DNA from: Antedon mediterranea
Taxonomy: Eukaryota > Animalia > Echinodermata
Reading direction: 5' to 3'
NCBI RefSeq assembly: GCF_964355755.1
Contig: NC_092672.1
Coordinates: 20,721,237 to 20,785,236, forward strand
DNA length: 64,000 nucleotides
The notes under the pieces were generated by a model. The model had not been told where the DNA came from. It was given only the letters and a program-made list of their open reading frames with translations, and made no database searches. The translations under genes were made by a program, and so were the position numbers. Positions 63,201-64,000 of the stretch are shown piece by piece; positions within the stretch are counted from its first letter, which is position 1; every line of letters starts with the position of its first letter.

Positions 63201-64000
63201 TTTTTCCAAATTAAATACTCACTTTAAAATAAAATTTATAGTTCAGTAATACATTTTTAGAGTAGAACAGCGAATAATTTGAAGAAAATTTGACAAAATA
63301 TTGGCAACACACTTGAGCAGTACTTGGCTGGTAGATACCACACTTAGACTGGCAACACACTTGTTACTTCTAATGTTTTCTGTTCATAGTGCTGAACTGT
63401 TTATGTGAGCGGTACTTAGCTGGTAGATACCACACTCAGACTGCAACACACTTGTTACTTAACAAAATGTTTTCTGTTCATAGTGCTGAACTGTTTACAT
63501 GAGCGGTACTTAGCTGGTAGATACCACACTCAGACTGGCAACACACTTGTTACTTAACAAAATGTTTTCTGTTCATAGTGCTGAACTGTTTACATGAGCG
63601 GTACTTAGCTGGTAGATACCACACTCAGACTGGCAACACACTTGTTACTTCTAATGTTTTCTGTTCATAGTGCTGAACTGTTTACATGAGCGGTACTTAG
63701 CTGGTAGATACCACACTCAAACTGGCAACACACTTGTTACTTTAAATCCTTTCAAAGAAACTGGACATTTTGATGTTCATATGATTCATCGTTACCATAG
63801 TGATCAAAAGGTAAACAATGATTCGCTAGTATACTATTGATTTTTAGGAAAATTTATATGTTGGTGACATCACTATTAAAATCTTGACTTCACTTTATCT
63901 TCAATATTGGGCAAAAATATTAATATGTCCTCAGTTGCACTTAGAAGTGATAGAGATATATGCAGAGCTCCTCTGAAAAGATAATTGTTTTGCTGAATAT
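60240..64000 (+). other. MYO19: Inverted segmental duplication of about 40000-45020 carrying MYO19 exons 2-3 (62893-62998, 63671-63810), continuing beyond window
   Basis: Near-continuous reverse-complement similarity to the MYO19 intron 1 to intron 3 region, with indels. Both exons are open, with intact splice sites and identical lengths (106 and 140 bp). Confidence 0.9.
60274..61013. mobile_element. MULE/foldback-like MITE
   Basis: Long TIRs built of GTCAAGTCGGCC subunits and TSD GTATTATT. The empty site is visible in the paralogous region at about 44989-44998. Confidence 0.88.

Overview
AT-rich, intron-containing animal genomic DNA, not prokaryotic. It is probably an invertebrate deuterostome such as an echinoderm (inferred from a Deu-domain SINE and TAGGCCTA/CTAG enrichment). 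Gene content, left to right: (1) the 3' part of a multi-exon ROCO gene (+; Roc GTPase, COR, low-complexity linker, tandem death-effector-like domains), followed by decayed death-domain exons. The last of these has a hAT-like transposon inserted in its splice acceptor tract and an 81-bp tandem amplification. (2) A myosin-XIX gene (-) that lacks central motor exons and carries a frameshift. (3) OGFOD2 (+), head-to-head with MYO19, with an in-frame TGA in exon 1. (4) An intact theta-class glutathione S-transferase (-). (5) An inverted second copy of the MYO19 5' region running off the right end. Introns hold nested DNA transposons (Academ, Zator/Harbinger-like, MULE-like, hAT, P-like, Helentron-like), SINEs including a 5S+tRNA chimeric DeuSINE, LINE fragments and many young minisatellites, several of which amplify splice sites. 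All calls come from manual reading and translation; no database search was run.
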